A program made the position numbers and the translations under genes. A model generated the notes under the pieces. That model was not told the origin of the DNA. It did not search any database and saw nothing but the letters and a program-made list of their open reading frames with translations. DNA of 64,000 bases from Octopus vulgaris (taxonomy: Eukaryota): NCBI GenBank assembly GCA_951406725.2, contig OX597829.1:33108001-33172000 (forward strand), in the 5' to 3' direction. This document shows, one piece after another, positions 12,636-27,613 of the stretch; the first letter of the stretch is position 1; every line of letters begins with the position of its first letter.

Positions 12636-13244
12636 GGAAGATACAATTTTATTGTTAGGAAAGTATTGCAGTAAAATTGGTTTCTGAGTCTTGTTGGCAG
12701 TGTAAATGTTCTGGTTGTTGAATATTCCCAGTTAATTTTGGTTCAGTAAATCTATGGCAAAAGAGATGACTTACCTACAAAACTGAACATAGAAATATAA
12801 GATCTTGAGGGAGATTTAGCTGCTATATTAAGTAGGTCAAGTGACTTCATGGAAGCTTCCACTCTGAGCTATATGGCCCTTATTTCAAAGTTAGTAAGGG
12901 AAATTTGACTGCTATATTGGTCAATAAATAAGTGAAGTAACTATATACAAACTCCCTTTTTGGTTTGTATGGTTCCTTTTTTAAACACAGTGGCAATTTT
13001 GTTTAGGTTAGAAATGATAGCTATATTGAGTAAGATGGAATGGCTAAATAGGAAAACTTCCCAGTATTTCATGGTGGGCATGTGCAATAATAGGAAGTGC
13101 GTATCAGTTGAGTCATTGATTTCCACCTGAATGTTATCTGAAATTTATGCTGATTTTTATGTTTCATGTTTTCCATCAAATGCAATACATTAAGTCGTTT
13201 TTGTTTTTATATATTCTTATACTTTTCACATTTTTCTCACCTAG

Positions 13245-13466
13245 GTCCTGATTATAAAAAGTTAAAACCAGCTACTGAATGCAAAGTTATAGAATATCCT
13301 AAACCCGACAATGAAATTTCTTTTGATCTCCTAAGTTCTGTTGCTCTAACTGGAACTAACCACGACCATGACCAACCTGCCCACCTCACTCTGCTGAATG
13401 ACAATGTCCCAGTTAACCAAAATCTTCAAAACTTTGATGGACCTGAACAACGATTCTGCCCTGCAG
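13245..13466 (+). CDS. ETFDH: ETFDH coding exon
   Basis: cctAG / GTaaag; (G)PDYKKLKPA...[31 protein letters not shown]...EQRFCPA(G); 222 nt. Confidence 0.96.
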
Positions 13467-14599
13467 GTAAAGCATTTTGTAAACATATTTTTCAATATGC
13501 AAGGAAACAGTAATTCCGTATACAAACATAAAACCTCATAGGATAATGAGATTGTGTAATGTTCATACATTTTCAGAGATATTAGGAACACAAATGATTT
13601 GAATCAAAATCATTTTGCAATACAATTCACCAGGGTCTCACATTGTCTACAATGAAAATTTTAGTTTATTTCTATATATTTTATATTACAATCTGTGAGT
13701 GAATAGCATAGTTGGTTATAGGTTTCTAACTGATTCACTGAAATTATGACTGCATAACTGATGAGTGTCTGTAGCACAAGGCAAAACAAATATTGCTAGG
13801 GACTTTGTACAAAGAGCAGCGATTTTTTTTTTTTATTTCACTCTCACTAATAATAACATTTCATCAAGATGTATATGTGTGTGTGCATCATTTGTCTGTG
13901 TGGTTTAATAGTTCTCTTTGCAACCACGTGGGTTCAGTTTCATTATAACCCTGGGCCAACTTTTAAGTGGCCCAGAATTATAATAAACAGAATGAAAGAA
14001 GTCTATTGTCTGTGTGTGTGTGTTTACATTTGTGCTTCTCCAAAAATCACCATGCTACAAGAGGTGATTTTGCCATTTTCCCTATCAACAAAGACATGAA
14101 ATAAAAGAGGTAAAGATTAGCAACAGAAAGGGTATCCAGCTGTAAAATATCTCAATAGTATATTTGCCTAACCCATGCTTGCATGAAAAAACTTATGTAT
14201 ATGTATACACAAAATATATATTGTTATATTTGGGAATGGCCATATTCTTTTGCCAATTAACCACACACACTATATACATTTATATACAAATCTTTCACCT
14301 ATGTCCTCTTCAGCAATTCCCCATCCTTCTTGTCTCCTTTTGTTCTGTTTAGTCCATTCAAGCATTTGCATCTATATCTGTGTGTGTGTGTCAATGTGTT
14401 TAGCATGTGTTGTATATATGTATATGGATTTGCTTACTACATTGTACCCATGTCTTTTATTTAGTTGGGTTTTTTTTAAATTTTAGTTATTTATTTTTCT
14501 CATTCCATTTTATGTGTATGTGTGTCTTATGTTTGTATGAGTTTATGTATTATATTGTTTGTATCTTTCTTTTTTTTCTTATCTCATTCTGTCTTTAAT

Positions 14600-15400
14600 C
14601 ATCATGTGTAATGGAGTGCTATTCCATTCATGTTTTCTGTTGACACTCGGTCTATCTATTACTATGTGTGTGGCCTCTGTAGTGGCATGTCTGTTCTGCG
14701 TTGATAATATCTTAACATCTATGTTATTAACCAAGTCTGAGCCTATACTGGCCAAAACCTAAGTTATCTATGTTGTAATTGAGCATGTTGGTAGAGAACT
14801 GACAAGCTCTTCTCCTTGAGCTCCTGCTAGTGTTCACCTATGCCATGTGCTGTCTCCCCAATGTATGCTGTTGTCCTGTTTCTGCATCATCCCTCAGTAC
14901 TGTATGCTACATTCCTAATCTTACAATTTACCTGTGGTTCATCCTACATAGTATACAGTTATCTGTACATGGGTCCCTTTCAAATGGATATGTTCTACAA
15001 ATCAGAGATTTTGTGAGAGTTCCTGTACTTTCTAGTACCTTAACCTGTAGATTCATCTTATCTAAGGTTTTTTCCTAAAAAGACATGTTAGTTCGCTACC
15101 ATCAACAAACATGACACACTGGTATTTTTTCTTGTCATACCATGAGTTGGCCTTATCTATCTTCTTGGTCCTTTCTATGCTATTCCAATATTTACTCCTG
15201 TATAGCAGACATATCTCTTTTGCATCATTCTCTTTGACGGTCTTGTACTTAGCCATGGCTCCTTTATCCCCTTTGGCTGTAACCGGAGAACTGCATGTGG
15301 TGAATGAAGTGTTGTATGTGTCTTTCTAATTCTGTTGGGTTGCACATACAGGACACATTTCTCATCACTCTTACCAAGTCCAATATGAGGATATTGAACT
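14600..15400 (-). mobile_element. Penelope-like element remnant (Cys-rich linker + GIY-YIG endonuclease)
   Basis: minus-strand translation across frameshifts: LYRSKYW...SWYDKKKYQCVMFV...VKVLESTG...YPF..C...C..C......C..RNVAY...AYIGETA...EATHI...PSVNRKHEW. Confidence 0.7.
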
Positions 15401-15674
15401 TGATGTTGTCTGCAATAGCTGTATTCTTGTTGACCATGGGTTTGGCAGAGTGGGAATGAAGGATCTCATTATTATTCCTAGTTTCCAGCCAGAAGTTCTG
15501 TGTTTAAGACCAAAGGTCTATAGTTACTCCATGGTGCTGGCTTCTAGTCCATAGACACTGTCTTGTGTGTGGGGGGGTGCTTTTGTTACTATGTTGACAA
15601 TGGCTAGTACAATTTCTTCAACAACTTTGTATCTATCACCCAAGAATTTAATATATATCGTTGGAATCTTTCAG

Positions 15675-15838
15675 GTGTCTATGAATATGTTCCTACAGAA
15701 GATGGTGACAGTATGCGACTGCAGATCAATGCACAGAATTGTATCCACTGCAAAACCTGTGATATAAAGGATCCAAGCCAGAATATAAACTGGGTGTGTC
15801 CTCAAGGGGGAGAAGGCCCTGCTTACAACGGAATGTAA
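15675..15838 (+). CDS. ETFDH: ETFDH terminal coding exon (4Fe-4S ligands)
   Basis: ttcAG acceptor; (G)[56 protein letters not shown] (stop 15836-15838). Confidence 0.97.
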
Positions 15839-15906
15839 CAGTAAATTCACTTCTTGAGCTGTAGGCATTTCTTAATTTTGTGTTTATAATTAACATATTT
15901 AATTTT

Positions 15907-15912
15907 AATAAA
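15907..15912 (+). promoter_or_regulatory. candidate polyadenylation signal for ETFDH
   Basis: AATAAA ~70 nt after the stop, followed by T/GT-rich sequence; other AATAAA copies occur further downstream. Confidence 0.45.
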
Positions 15913-17992
15913 TCACTTTTTGTTAAAATAGTTGTTGAAACTTTGTTGAAATGTCAAAATTGATACAGATAAAATTTGAGACATTACAAATCAGTTGTTA
16001 TACATTAAAAGAAAAACTGTTCTAATTTGTAAATTAAGTCTTCTGCCAAAAGTATTAGTTTTCAAGTTTTTATGATTGAGTGTGCCTTGAATAGTCCTTT
16101 AACATAAAGGGAATAACTCGGTGCTTTTTTGAATTTCAGTCAAAATAAAGTAAGAGTCGTAAGTTTACTTTATTAAGCAGGGCCCTTTTAATCATGTCTA
16201 AGCCCTCTTTTAGCTATTAAGGTGCTTTCTTTAGACAATGCACTATGTCTTTGAGGCTTTTTTAATCTATGTTATATTTTCCTGAAGAAAGTTTCAAAAT
16301 TGTTTGTGCTAAAGGGACAACTCTAATGCCATCTTTATGTAGTATAGCAAAATCAGGTTGAGGGTATTCATTCCTCTCCAAGCTATGCTCATAGGAAAGA
16401 GTTAAGCATCTAGACTAACAAATGTGAATATACTTCTAAGTAGATTATAATTGAAAACGAACACTAAATATTATTGGGTTAGTGTTATAAGTGCTGCGAC
16501 TGATGCATTTTAGTGGTCAACTGTACCCACTCTTTACAATTATTTTGAGCATTAAGTACATGTCTGTAGCACAATTTGATGTTGATTAATGTAATTAGGG
16601 CATAGGATTTCTCCAGTTAGTGGAAGAATCATCAATCTTTCTGGTTACATTTCTCAATTTAAATTATTTATTAATAACAGCATGTATTCATACCCCTTTT
16701 GGAATCATTTGATTTTAGCAGGTGGAATTGTCCAAAAGGAAAATCAAAATGTCATAGTTCTTTTATTTCTTCACCTTCATCAAAGCACTGATTAGATATG
16801 TTTCTTCCAATGCAATAAACAAGCTGACTGCATTAACAGTAGGTATGAGGAATTTGTGCTGCACAAAATCTCTTACATTTTCGTTGTATATTTTAAATTA
16901 GACTACTGCTTCATAACACACTCATCAAAGTCATACAATGTTATATAGTCACTGGGGTTTTATTTATAAAGTCACTTCTTTTATATTATATATTTACAAT
17001 AAGCAAAACTAATACAGTGTAAGTAAGGAAAAAAAGTTCCAGACAATTTTCACTACTTTTGACTTCATTAAGATAAAGCAACCAAAAGTCATTTGAATGC
17101 AACTTTAGTGTATTAGACACAAGGTATTTTATGTGTGGAGGAATGAAAAACAAAATGTTCCACCTCAGCATGATTTGAACTCAAAACATGAGGGAGAAAA
17201 CTTGAATATTGTAATGCATTTAGCCTGGCAACTATCATTTCCACCAACATACTTCTCTCTCACAACTATTGCATAATCACTACAGTTGTATTTATGCTGT
17301 TGCATTTTATGTTAATTGCTACAACTGTTATACAGTTACCTCAATATATACATATACCTCCTGTATAAATCACAGAAAAGATTCTATTTTTTTATAATGT
17401 TAATCTAAAAATAAATAAATGAAACAATGGAAAAATTAAACATGTAAAACTTTCAGAAAATATAAAAATAAACCAATTAAATCTTATACTTTGTTTGAAT
17501 TTTTTCTTTTCCTATCCTTCAAATTTTACATTATTGTTACAGAAAGTATTTATTGAAATTAATTAATGTAAAACAGTTTATGGGTTCTCTACTTTACAAA
17601 TTCAAAGTTGTTCCAAATACCAGTTTAATATTGACAGTTATTTAATTAAATTTTTCATTATCCTAAAAGGTAGTGTATTTCAACAGAAATATAGTATCAA
17701 AAGAGTTAAAGTGGATACATGTGCGTTCAGCAATACAAAGTAACTAACAACTCTGAAACAAATGTCTCGATATTCTACCTTCTAATGAGTCCCTATAGTT
17801 GTGTCCACTCCAGTTTTTTACATGTGCCACTCATGAAATACTAGTCTCCAAATCATGAAGAACAGTTGCTTATAAAAAAAAGCAGAATTTTTCTTTGGAA
17901 AATGTCTAGATTGTTAAATATAATAATTGGTATAAATGTAACAAATCCTTCATTTAGAGAAATCTCTGAATGCGAATTCACATCCACATATA

Positions 17993-19120
17993 CAAGGTAG
18001 TATCAGAAAGTTCCCAGACTAGTTCTGTTGCATGCCAACGGATTGCATATGGAGTGAGAGCCGGCAGTGTGCCGAGTGACATCAATGTTTACTTCGCAAG
18101 TTGAGAAATTTCTTTTTATGATCTTGTGTTTGCTGTAGTCTGCAATTTTGTCATAGACAGAAGTTGGAACAAAGAGCCAACATAAAATTTCGTGTTAAAC
18201 TTGGGAAATCTGCTAGTGACATTGAACCTGCTACAGCAAGCTTATGGCAACAAGGCATTGGGTCATACACAATATTTTGAGTGGCAGGCACTTCAACAGC
18301 GAAAGAATGTCCTTGGAAGACCTGCCAAGAGTGTCACCCTGGAAACGAGAAGAAAATTTATATTTGTGCATGAGGATCTTCAGAGGATAATCAATGACAT
18401 AGCTATCATATGGGGTCCATGAAGGCACTCCTAATATCTGAATTGAATATGCAGCATATCTCTGCCAAGTTTGTCCATCACCTGCTGACCAAAGCAGAAA
18501 GAACCTCGCGTCAAAGTCTGTCAAGATTTCAGTCAGCATGCCACTGACGATCCATTCTTCATGTCGAGGATCATCACCTGTGATGAGAACTGGGTCTACA
18601 GGTACGACCGAGATGAAGTAGCAGTCCTCACAATAGAAGTAACCCTTCATCTCCACTACAGAAAGCCGCAGCTCAATCAAGAGCATACTTATTATTTTCC
18701 ACATCCACAGTATTATGCATCAGGAATTTGTCCTCCAGGGCCAAACCATTAATCAGTTCTACTGCAACATTTTGAAGCATTTGAAGAAGGACATTTGGTG
18801 AAAGCAACTGAATCTGTGGAGAGCAAAGAACTGATTGTTTCACAACAAAGCACCCTCTCACCAATAACATGGTATCACTTTCACACCCACCTTATTCACA
18901 AGATTTAGCACCTGAGAACTTCCATCCCTTCCTCAAGACGAAAATGTACCCCAAAGGTCACCATTGTCGAGATCCATAACAGATCACAATTCCTTGACTT
19001 GCTTACAGAAAACTTCCAGGCTGGATTCCAAAAGTGGCAGGAATGCTGGTATTGGCTTAATGCTGTGCAAGGTGACTATTTCAAAGGAGTTGATGTTAAA
19101 ACTTCAATAAACAATTATTA
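17993..19120 (+). mobile_element. degraded mariner-like transposon
   Basis: left end TA-CAAGGTAGTATCAGAAAGTTCCCAGACTAGT matches the element at 26756; motifs EQRANIKF, IITCDENWVYRYD, HPPYSQDLAP. Confidence 0.82.
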
Positions 19121-21132
19121 AGTCTAAGGCAAGTCTTGACCAGTCTCAGTAAGTGCAACTTGAGACTGAAATCTACTACATGGCTTTAGGATATTAAAAA
19201 GCTGAAACCCAAGATCATATATATCCTTTGAAACCCAAGATCATATATTTCATTATTATATATAAAGACATGCTTTTGGCACCAATTCTGACACCTTGCC
19301 AAAGTTCAATACCAGCTATAAATCATGTATGTCTTTGCTCCAGGTCTTAAGCTTTTTGTCATCTCTAAATCCAACTAATTGTCCACCTATTATGATATAT
19401 ATGACAGCTAAGTAGTTAAACAATAATTGTTGTTGATGAAAGACGAAGCCAACTTTGGTAGGATTTGAACTTGGAACAAATATTGATACAAACTTTATCT
19501 GATGCTAATCCACTACCCTTAGCTGAAAATAAATAACCTGACCTTTTGATGTGCATCCATCTGTATCACATGCAACCTTAAAGTGGTTTGCAGTTTGCTG
19601 AAAAATTCATGACAGACTCTCTACCTCCAAACCAAGAAAGCAAAGATCATTTTCCTGATTGGAAGGTTTTTTTAAAACTTATAGCTGCATCCATGAGTCA
19701 GACATGCCCTTCCTGTCACCAATCCCCGCCTTCCCCATAGACATGTTTTTCACAAAAGATTGGAAACAAAATGACATCACAAGCAAGGACACACCCACAT
19801 ATACCTACAATGGACATCTTTCAGTTTCCATCTTCTAGATGTGCTGCACAGTGGAACTGAAACCAGAGCTGCATGGTTGGGAAGCAAACTTTTTAACACA
19901 GCTATGCACTCTTTAAAAACAGTGTTAACTGGCAGTAAGTAGCTATCAAGTCAATCTTTAGAAGCAACACCTTCAGCTACAGTTCCTTTTGTACTGCAAT
20001 TGAATCAATTCAAATGATGTCTCTTATTTGAAATTGTCAATTTCCTACATGTAGTAATAAAGTTTCAAACTATTTCTGAAGGGGTTTCCTCAATCTCTTG
20101 CTTCTGCACATTGACAACTCACCACCACCACACACAACCTCATAGCCTTCATGAAAATATATTTTAGTAAGTATTCAAAAATGAAAACATGCTAATCTAT
20201 TCAACAGTACAAAGGCTTAATAAACTACACAAAATTACCTTGTACATCACACACTTCCTGTCATGTCTAACTAAAAGCCTCAATTCGAAGTCTTACAACT
20301 ACTTACCCTCACACAAGTAACATTTGCCTAAAACTTCATCACAAGGACAATGTTCTTCAGGAAAATGCTTTATTTCTGATATTACTACCCCCACTTCAAA
20401 TTACAAGTAAGATCCACTAACCGAGTACTGCTTTTATATATATACACACACACACACATATGTAAGTCCTCATCACACGTCTGCCTTTCACGCTGGTATA
20501 AGTTGAATAGTTCAATAGCATCTGACAAGCCAAAGAATTACACTGAGCTCCAGGGTCTACTTTGGTATGGTTTCTACAGTTGAATGCCCTTCCTGTCAAC
20601 TACTTCACAGAATGTACTAGGAGCTTTTTTTTTCCCCCAAGGTACCAGCATTAACAAAATCTCCAAGTAATTTGCAAAGCAAGACACCTCAACTAGGTTG
20701 GCTGTAGTATTGAAGGTAGTGGCCTTATGCTGGGTGTTAAGAGGTTAAAGTATGACAAAAAAGACAAAATCAAGTGTCTTGATGTAGAGGAAACACTTGA
20801 ACAACCAACTGCTTCAAGTGTTGTCCAAGCTATGTATGAAGAACCAGACAAAAATGATTTTTGCATATGCATGTATAAATTCACACACCTTGTGCTATCC
20901 CCAATAACTTTCCAACAACCTTCTGGATATCAATCTCAAAGCCAAAAGAATTAGATGGGTCCTTGACATATTTACTTACCAATACTTATTTCCATATCCT
21001 TTTAGAAACAACATATTTTAGCAGGATTCCCAATTTGTAGCAAGGAGTTAGTATCTTCCCAAAACAGTTAATGAAAAGAAAAAGATTTAAAAAAAAAAAC
21101 TCAGACACAATAAGAAAACCAAATGAAACACC

Positions 21133-21138
21133 TTTATT
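21133..21138 (-). promoter_or_regulatory. candidate distal polyadenylation signal of the mei-P26-like gene
   Basis: AATAAA on minus strand followed by TGTTTCATTTGGTTTTCTTATTGTGTCTGAGTTTTTTTTTT (GU/U-rich element), at the edge of a long U-rich block. Confidence 0.45.
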
Positions 21139-22783
21139 TCACTTGCATACCAATGACAAATTTTAAATTTATGGATCCAAGGAATTTTCCAAAAATAGTA
21201 TAATAAAATTACTTGTATTCACCAATGTTAAATTACTAAAGTAATAATCAGACATATTAAAGCTCTAACAGACTAAAATAACTAAATCTTCAGCTATTAC
21301 TTATCAAAACATTTTTATTAAAAAGGCAGGGTCTAGTAAAGATCTGGATGTCTAGATCTAATATGATTGCTTCAGCAAGAAATAAAGAATATCAAAGAGA
21401 TGGAGTGAAAGAAAATAAGAAAGTTTTTTTGCATTTTTTTAAAGTCCATCTCTCAAGAATTGAGTATTTTGAAATTTAATAAAAAGTTGCCAGTAGAAGC
21501 TATTGCAATATCAAGGAATGTAATTCTCCTACAATATGTATTAGTGCAGTAGTATGAATCCTGCCAGCATCACAAAACCAATTTCTAAATATATATTGCT
21601 ATGTTATTTTAAAAAAAATGTGTATATATATATATATATAATATAATAAATATATATATATATACACACATATACATACACATATATATGTATATATTTA
21701 GAGAGAGTGGTGATCAGGAGATACCACTTGGTATAGATTATAAAAAATGAAATGTAGATGAATAGCAATATATAGCCCTGCCTTGCTGCCATTTAAAAGA
21801 GAATATTGCTATTACAGGAGGAAAAACAGAAAATAGTGGGGGGAGAGCATAAACTTCAATAAATTGATGAGCTTTTTATGCAAGTGAGCAATTTTCTAAT
21901 AAGAAACTAACATTACAATACAATTACTCCATTATATAAGCATTTACCAGTTAATAATTGCTGACCAAAACCTAAGAATTTAACATGGTGAAAACTTTGT
22001 ATCATCACTTACAATATGAGGAACTGGTATATCATTGCAATATACATAATTTTTTAATTTTTATTTTTTACAAAAATTGAACAAAAACTAGGGAATGGCA
22101 AAATATAAAAGCACATAATGTGCATATCATTCACACCAAAATACAAAACTGGTCAACTGAACGAAGCGACCTCAACTCTGGCCAAAAAGGTGTGAAAAAA
22201 TAGGAACTCTAAAACTGAGAATCTTGTAATCATTTTAATATATATATATATATTTTAAATAAATTTCTTCAGATAAATCTTTCAAACCAGCAAAAAATAA
22301 TTTTAAATGCCAGGCCTTAGATGGTGGTGCTGCTGTTGATATTTTTAAATTTTATTTTGCTGGGAATCAAAATAGTTGATGGATTGATTAGAAAAAATAA
22401 CATTGCAAAATATTAAATATATAGTTGTATATGAAAAGTGTGGTGAAATAGTAAAATATTTCAAAAATAATAAACAGATACCAAAAAAAAAAAAAACAAA
22501 AAACAAAACACCTATGGATCTTTTCAAACACACCATATTACATTTGTGCTCACAAAAAAGAAACAGAAAAAGAAAAAGAAATAGAGCTAATATAAAATGG
22601 CAGACTTCACAACCTTCTCCAATGACAGATGGAAGTCAAAATTAAAAAATATAGATTTGAAATATAAGCTTCTTCCACCCTTCCAAGCAAATTTCCTGAT
22701 TAAAACGGAACACAGGTGTATCAGCAGTGAGCAAGTACCAGGCAGTGACCTTAACTAACTTGTCCAAAAAGAAAAAAAAAATG

Positions 22784-22784
<1 letters not shown>

Positions 22785-22836
<52 letters not shown>
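22785..22836. repeat. (TA)n microsatellite
   Basis: perfect TA run. Confidence 0.97.
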
Positions 22837-22839
<3 letters not shown>

Positions 22840-23494
22840 GAATATCTAGGCTAGATTGTATAATAAATAAATAAGATTTGTAATAAAAATAAATTTATAA
22901 GAAAACAAATTTACAATATATAAAAATCTATTCCAGCCCCTAGAATTTTAAGAGCAAAATGTCAAATGGTGCATTTATAGAAAGATCCACTGCTTACAGT
23001 AAGTCTTCAAATATCACTGCCCGGAACAAAGTACAAACTGGAAAGCAGTAGTCTAAAATAAGAGGAAAAAAACTTCCTCAAAAAAAATAATAAATAAATA
23101 AATAAATAAAAAAATGCTTTTTTTCTTTCATTTTTCTTTTAAAATGTTTCAAAATAAAAGTTTCATCAATAGGGAGAAAAATCTGAAAAAAGTAAAAAAT
23201 AATTTCTTAGGGGAGGAGGAAGGAAAAAAAAAACCCACTTATTTTGAATTATCAGTGTAAATATAACAGAAATGCTGAGGATGCTTGCATATCTAATGAG
23301 ATGTGTGGATTTAATATTGTTCCTGTAATACATGTTAAGCACCAACAGGAAAAGTTCCCCAGGACTGAGTAAGAAAAATATTTTACAGCTACAGAATCTG
23401 CCTTCACCCTAGCCTGCAGCCATTTTCAAAATCCAGAAGTCTTGATAGATTTAACAGCCTGTTTATGTTTTTAGGTTTATGTTTATATATATAT

Positions 23495-23549
<55 letters not shown>

Positions 23550-25809
23550 ACCTAAAAAGTGGACTTCAATGGTTGATAAACACAGGAATACCCAGAATAA
23601 TTATAGTTTCACTCAATTTAAGGGTAACAGAAAGTGCTGCTCAACATAATTATCACCACCTCAACTTCCATTCTTTAAGAATGCACATAAAATCACTTAA
23701 TTTGCATCACATTTTCATTTTTTTTTTTTAATTCATTTTCAGTGAAACATCTCGTACTAGTTCCCATTCCAATCCCATGTTTAGGGACTAGAACCAGCTT
23801 GACACAGTTTAAATTTCTTCAGAGGAACAAGTAGATTTTCAGAATTTGTAAGGTAGAAGTGACATCTTAAAAAATATCTAATATTTTAGTAAGAAAAAGT
23901 AAAACTAAGATATTCTAAACCAACCAGAAATGCAAGCAATTGGACCAATTGATAAACTACTGAAGTGGATTGAACATATTACTGGCATATTGGTAAAAGT
24001 GTTTAAAAGAAGAAGGGGAGGGGGGACTGGAATCAGTATTTAAGCAACTACCCTTATCACCATGGTCATTAAATAACAGGGAAGGGGACATTAAAAAAAA
24101 CTCATTAGGTTTAGCTAAATGGTGAAATTAAATAGTAAAATTTGGAGCAAGTGAGAAAGATACAGAAAAAGAGGTTTCAGATTACCAGAGAAAAAGAATA
24201 AAGCAAAATACTAATGGCCTAAAAGCAATGCTAATTAACCTAGTTTATCTATACGCAAATATTTATAGATTAAAATTTTTTCTTCTACTAAAAAAATGGC
24301 AATGAATGAAGGATGACGAAATGGGAGAAAAGTGGTAAAAACTAAAATCCTCATTTCCTTATATAAATGAAACCAGATTGTCCTGAAGAACTGGGTATAT
24401 TTGTGATATAATATAATATAATATATTATATTTATTTATTTTATTAATCAATGTGTAGGCTGTTACATAAGCATGCTCAAAAGGGAGCACAACTTTCTCC
24501 CAGCTCAAATTTGTTAACTGGATACAAAAATTTTACAGATAAAATATACATCCTGTATATAAGAAAAAGAAAGAAAAAAATGCAAATAAAAAATAAAACT
24601 AAATATATATATATCATATATATAGTGTCTTGTACAAGATATATTATCTTGGCCTTGGGTTAATTCAAATGTATATAAATCATTACAGTATGAGTAAAAA
24701 ATAAAATAATTAGAAAAAATTCTTTCAATGAAAAAATTTAGTATATCTTTTCAAAACATATATGGGGAATAAAAATAAAATCAACAAAAATTTTGTTAAT
24801 AAAAAAAAATGTTTTTTTTAACATTTTATATTTTTTCTTTTGATTACATAATCAGGTGGGAAACAACAGACATGACATACATATTTAGATTCCTTCTAAA
24901 TAAAATCTTTGAAATCATTTTAACCGTTTACTGTATAATATACAACTTCAAATTGAAGCAAGTTTTAATTTAAAAATAAAAATTTTTTAAAATCACTTGA
25001 GTTTTGAGACATCTAAAACAACAACCACAAGTAGTCTAAAATACATTTATAGCACTTGAGCTCTTTCACTATATTTCTGTGACAAAAAGCACTAATTTCT
25101 GAGAATTTAAACCAGACAGTAAACGGTTAAAAAATATTAACATTTTATAAATTAAAATAACATAATATCTTTTATATATATATACATATATATATATACT
25201 TTTTTTAAATAAAGCAATTACATTAAAAAATATGGAAAATAAATAAAATCCCTTAAGGCACAGCAAAACTTTGTCATGTAAATATTTGAGTGACTAGAAT
25301 TAAGCATGTTGCATAATATAAAAAAAAAATAAAGACAAATGGGAAGGACTGAAAATTCTATAGAATATCTAACATTTGAGAGTTTTAAGCAAGACTTTAG
25401 TATATATATATATATTTATAATAAAAGAAATAAAAAACATTTGATGGGCAGGTGAGCAAGAGAAAAAAAAAGCAATAAACAAAATATGTAATGAATATTT
25501 CAAGTTAGCAATAGGATAAAAATATCATCAAGATAAATTTTAAAATTTAAGAAAAATAATTTATTACTGATGAAAACAACAATTTAGCACAAAGACTAAT
25601 GAGAATTATGTAGATTGAGGAAACTTGTTAGTATTTTTATTTCTTTAAAGTCTGCTAAGGAGTACCAAGCCAGTTGTTTCAAGACTTAAAATAAACTAGT
25701 AACTCCTTTTAAACAATCACAGACATCAGCTTAGTGAAGGAGAGAATAAATATAAAATAGCTTTGAAAGGTTTCACCATGTTTTCAGTAGCATTAGCCTA
25801 AAGATATTT

Positions 25810-25840
<31 letters not shown>

Positions 25841-26327
25841 TGGATGATTGACACTGATCTACTTCTAAAATCTATACATCAAGTTACTTGGAGACAACAA
25901 CCTTTTGGAATAGATTAAAATTCACATAAGGGTGGAAAAGCTGTGCAGTGCACAGATGGCAGGATTTAAATAAAAGAATCCTAACAAATACTTGGTTGAT
26001 TAATCTGCACCAACATTTAACATTATAGTCCATCTGCACAACCTCACATCAATTTTGGAAGAATGTAAAAACCTACTGTAGAGTTTAAAATCCATTTATA
26101 TGTAGAGTACACAGAACAGATGGGGAAAAAAAAAACGAACAAAAAAAAAAAAAAAAAAAACAATTTGCCATTCTCTAAACAGTTTGAAATGTAAATCTAT
26201 ATCGGGAGTAGAGACAAGTTAGAAATAGGAGGCAAAGAGACAGAGAGAGAGGAAGTGGGGAGAAGGACAGAATAATAATAATTAGGAAAGAAGAGGTGTG
26301 ATGAACATTAAAAGTTTAAAAAAAGAT

Positions 26328-26331
<4 letters not shown>

Positions 26332-26373
<42 letters not shown>

Positions 26374-26396
26374 CACACACATACACATATATATAC

Positions 26397-26449
<53 letters not shown>

Positions 26450-26458
26450 CACACACAT

Positions 26459-26501
<43 letters not shown>

Positions 26502-26716
26502 CTCATATATATATATGTGTGTATATGTGTATACATATACATATATATATATATACACACATATATACATACATATATATATATATATACATACATATAT
26601 ATATATATATATATACATACATATATATATATATATACATACATATATATACATATACATACATATATATATATATATACATACATATATATACATATAC
26701 ATACATATATATACAT

Positions 26717-26748
<32 letters not shown>

Positions 26749-26752
26749 GCAT
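26332..26752. repeat. ~420 bp compound (TA)n/(TACA)n microsatellite
   Basis: direct reading; source of the YIYI... pseudo-ORFs. Confidence 0.97.
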
Positions 26753-26755
26753 ACA

Positions 26756-27613
26756 TGAGGTGGTATCAGAAAGTTCACAGACTAGTTCTGTAGTGCAGCA
26801 ACAGATGGCAGAACATGGCTGTGTGCACAGTGACCTTCAGGAGGAAGTTTGCAGGGTGACATTGCTATGTTTACTTCGCAAGTTGTGAAATTTGTGATCA
26901 TGCGTAAGCTGTAGTCTGCAATTTTGTCGTGGACAGAAACCCATTGCCTCATTGGTGTAAGCTTGCCAAAGCATGCTCAATGTCTCTGTAGCAGACTTCC
27001 CAAGTTTCACGTTGGCTCATTCAATGGGTTGTACACAATGTTTTGAGTGGCATGGGCACTTCAAAAGTGGAAGAACATCCCTGGAAGACGAGGAGCAATC
27101 TGGAAGACCTGCCACAAGCATTACCCCCAGAAATGTGGTACTGTGCATCGAGAATTTGTCCCCCAGGGCCCAGACCATCAATTGAGAGTTCTATTGCAAT
27201 GTTTTCAAGCATTTTGAAGGAGGACATTCAGCGAAAGTGACCGGATTTGTGGAGCAGGAAGAATTGGATTCATCACAAAGCTCTCTTCACTCATGAGTTT
27301 CTTGCCAAAAACAACACGGTATCGCTTCCACACTCGCCCTATTCACCAGATTTAGCACCTGCGGACTTCCATCTTTTCCCCCAAGACAAAAATGCAGTTC
27401 AAAGATCACTGTTCTAACACCGTTATCGAGACCCAGAGTGATTCACTGAAGGTCCTCGACCCACTTACGAAAAATGACTTCCAGGCCAGATTCCAAAAGT
27501 GGCAGGAACGCTGGGACCAAAGTGACTATTTCAAAGGAGATGATGTTAAAACTTCAGTAAAAAAGTTATTTTATTAAACATAACTAGTCTAGGAATGTTT
27601 TGATACCACCTCG
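26756..27613 (+). mobile_element. internally deleted mariner-like element with both TIRs
   Basis: TIRs TGAGGTGGTATCAGAAAGTTCACAGACTAGT / ACTAGTCTAGGAATGTTTTGATACCACCTCG-TA; motifs CFEWHGHFKSGRTSLEDEEQSGRP, HSPYSPDLAPADF, DYFKGD; inserted in a TA repeat. Confidence 0.9.

Noticed and set aside
13752-13800. CTGATGA...GCAAAAC hammerhead-like string
   Set aside because: No GAAA, weak helix II, no GUH triplet or helix I
14281-14316. Minus-strand CTGAAGA-GGACATAGGT-GAAA-GATTTGTA downstream of the Penelope-like remnant
   Set aside because: Helix II is only 2 bp, helix III is mismatched and there is no helix I; too degraded to call a hammerhead
26282-26888. Long YIYIYI ORFs in several frames
   Set aside because: Translation of a TA/CA microsatellite
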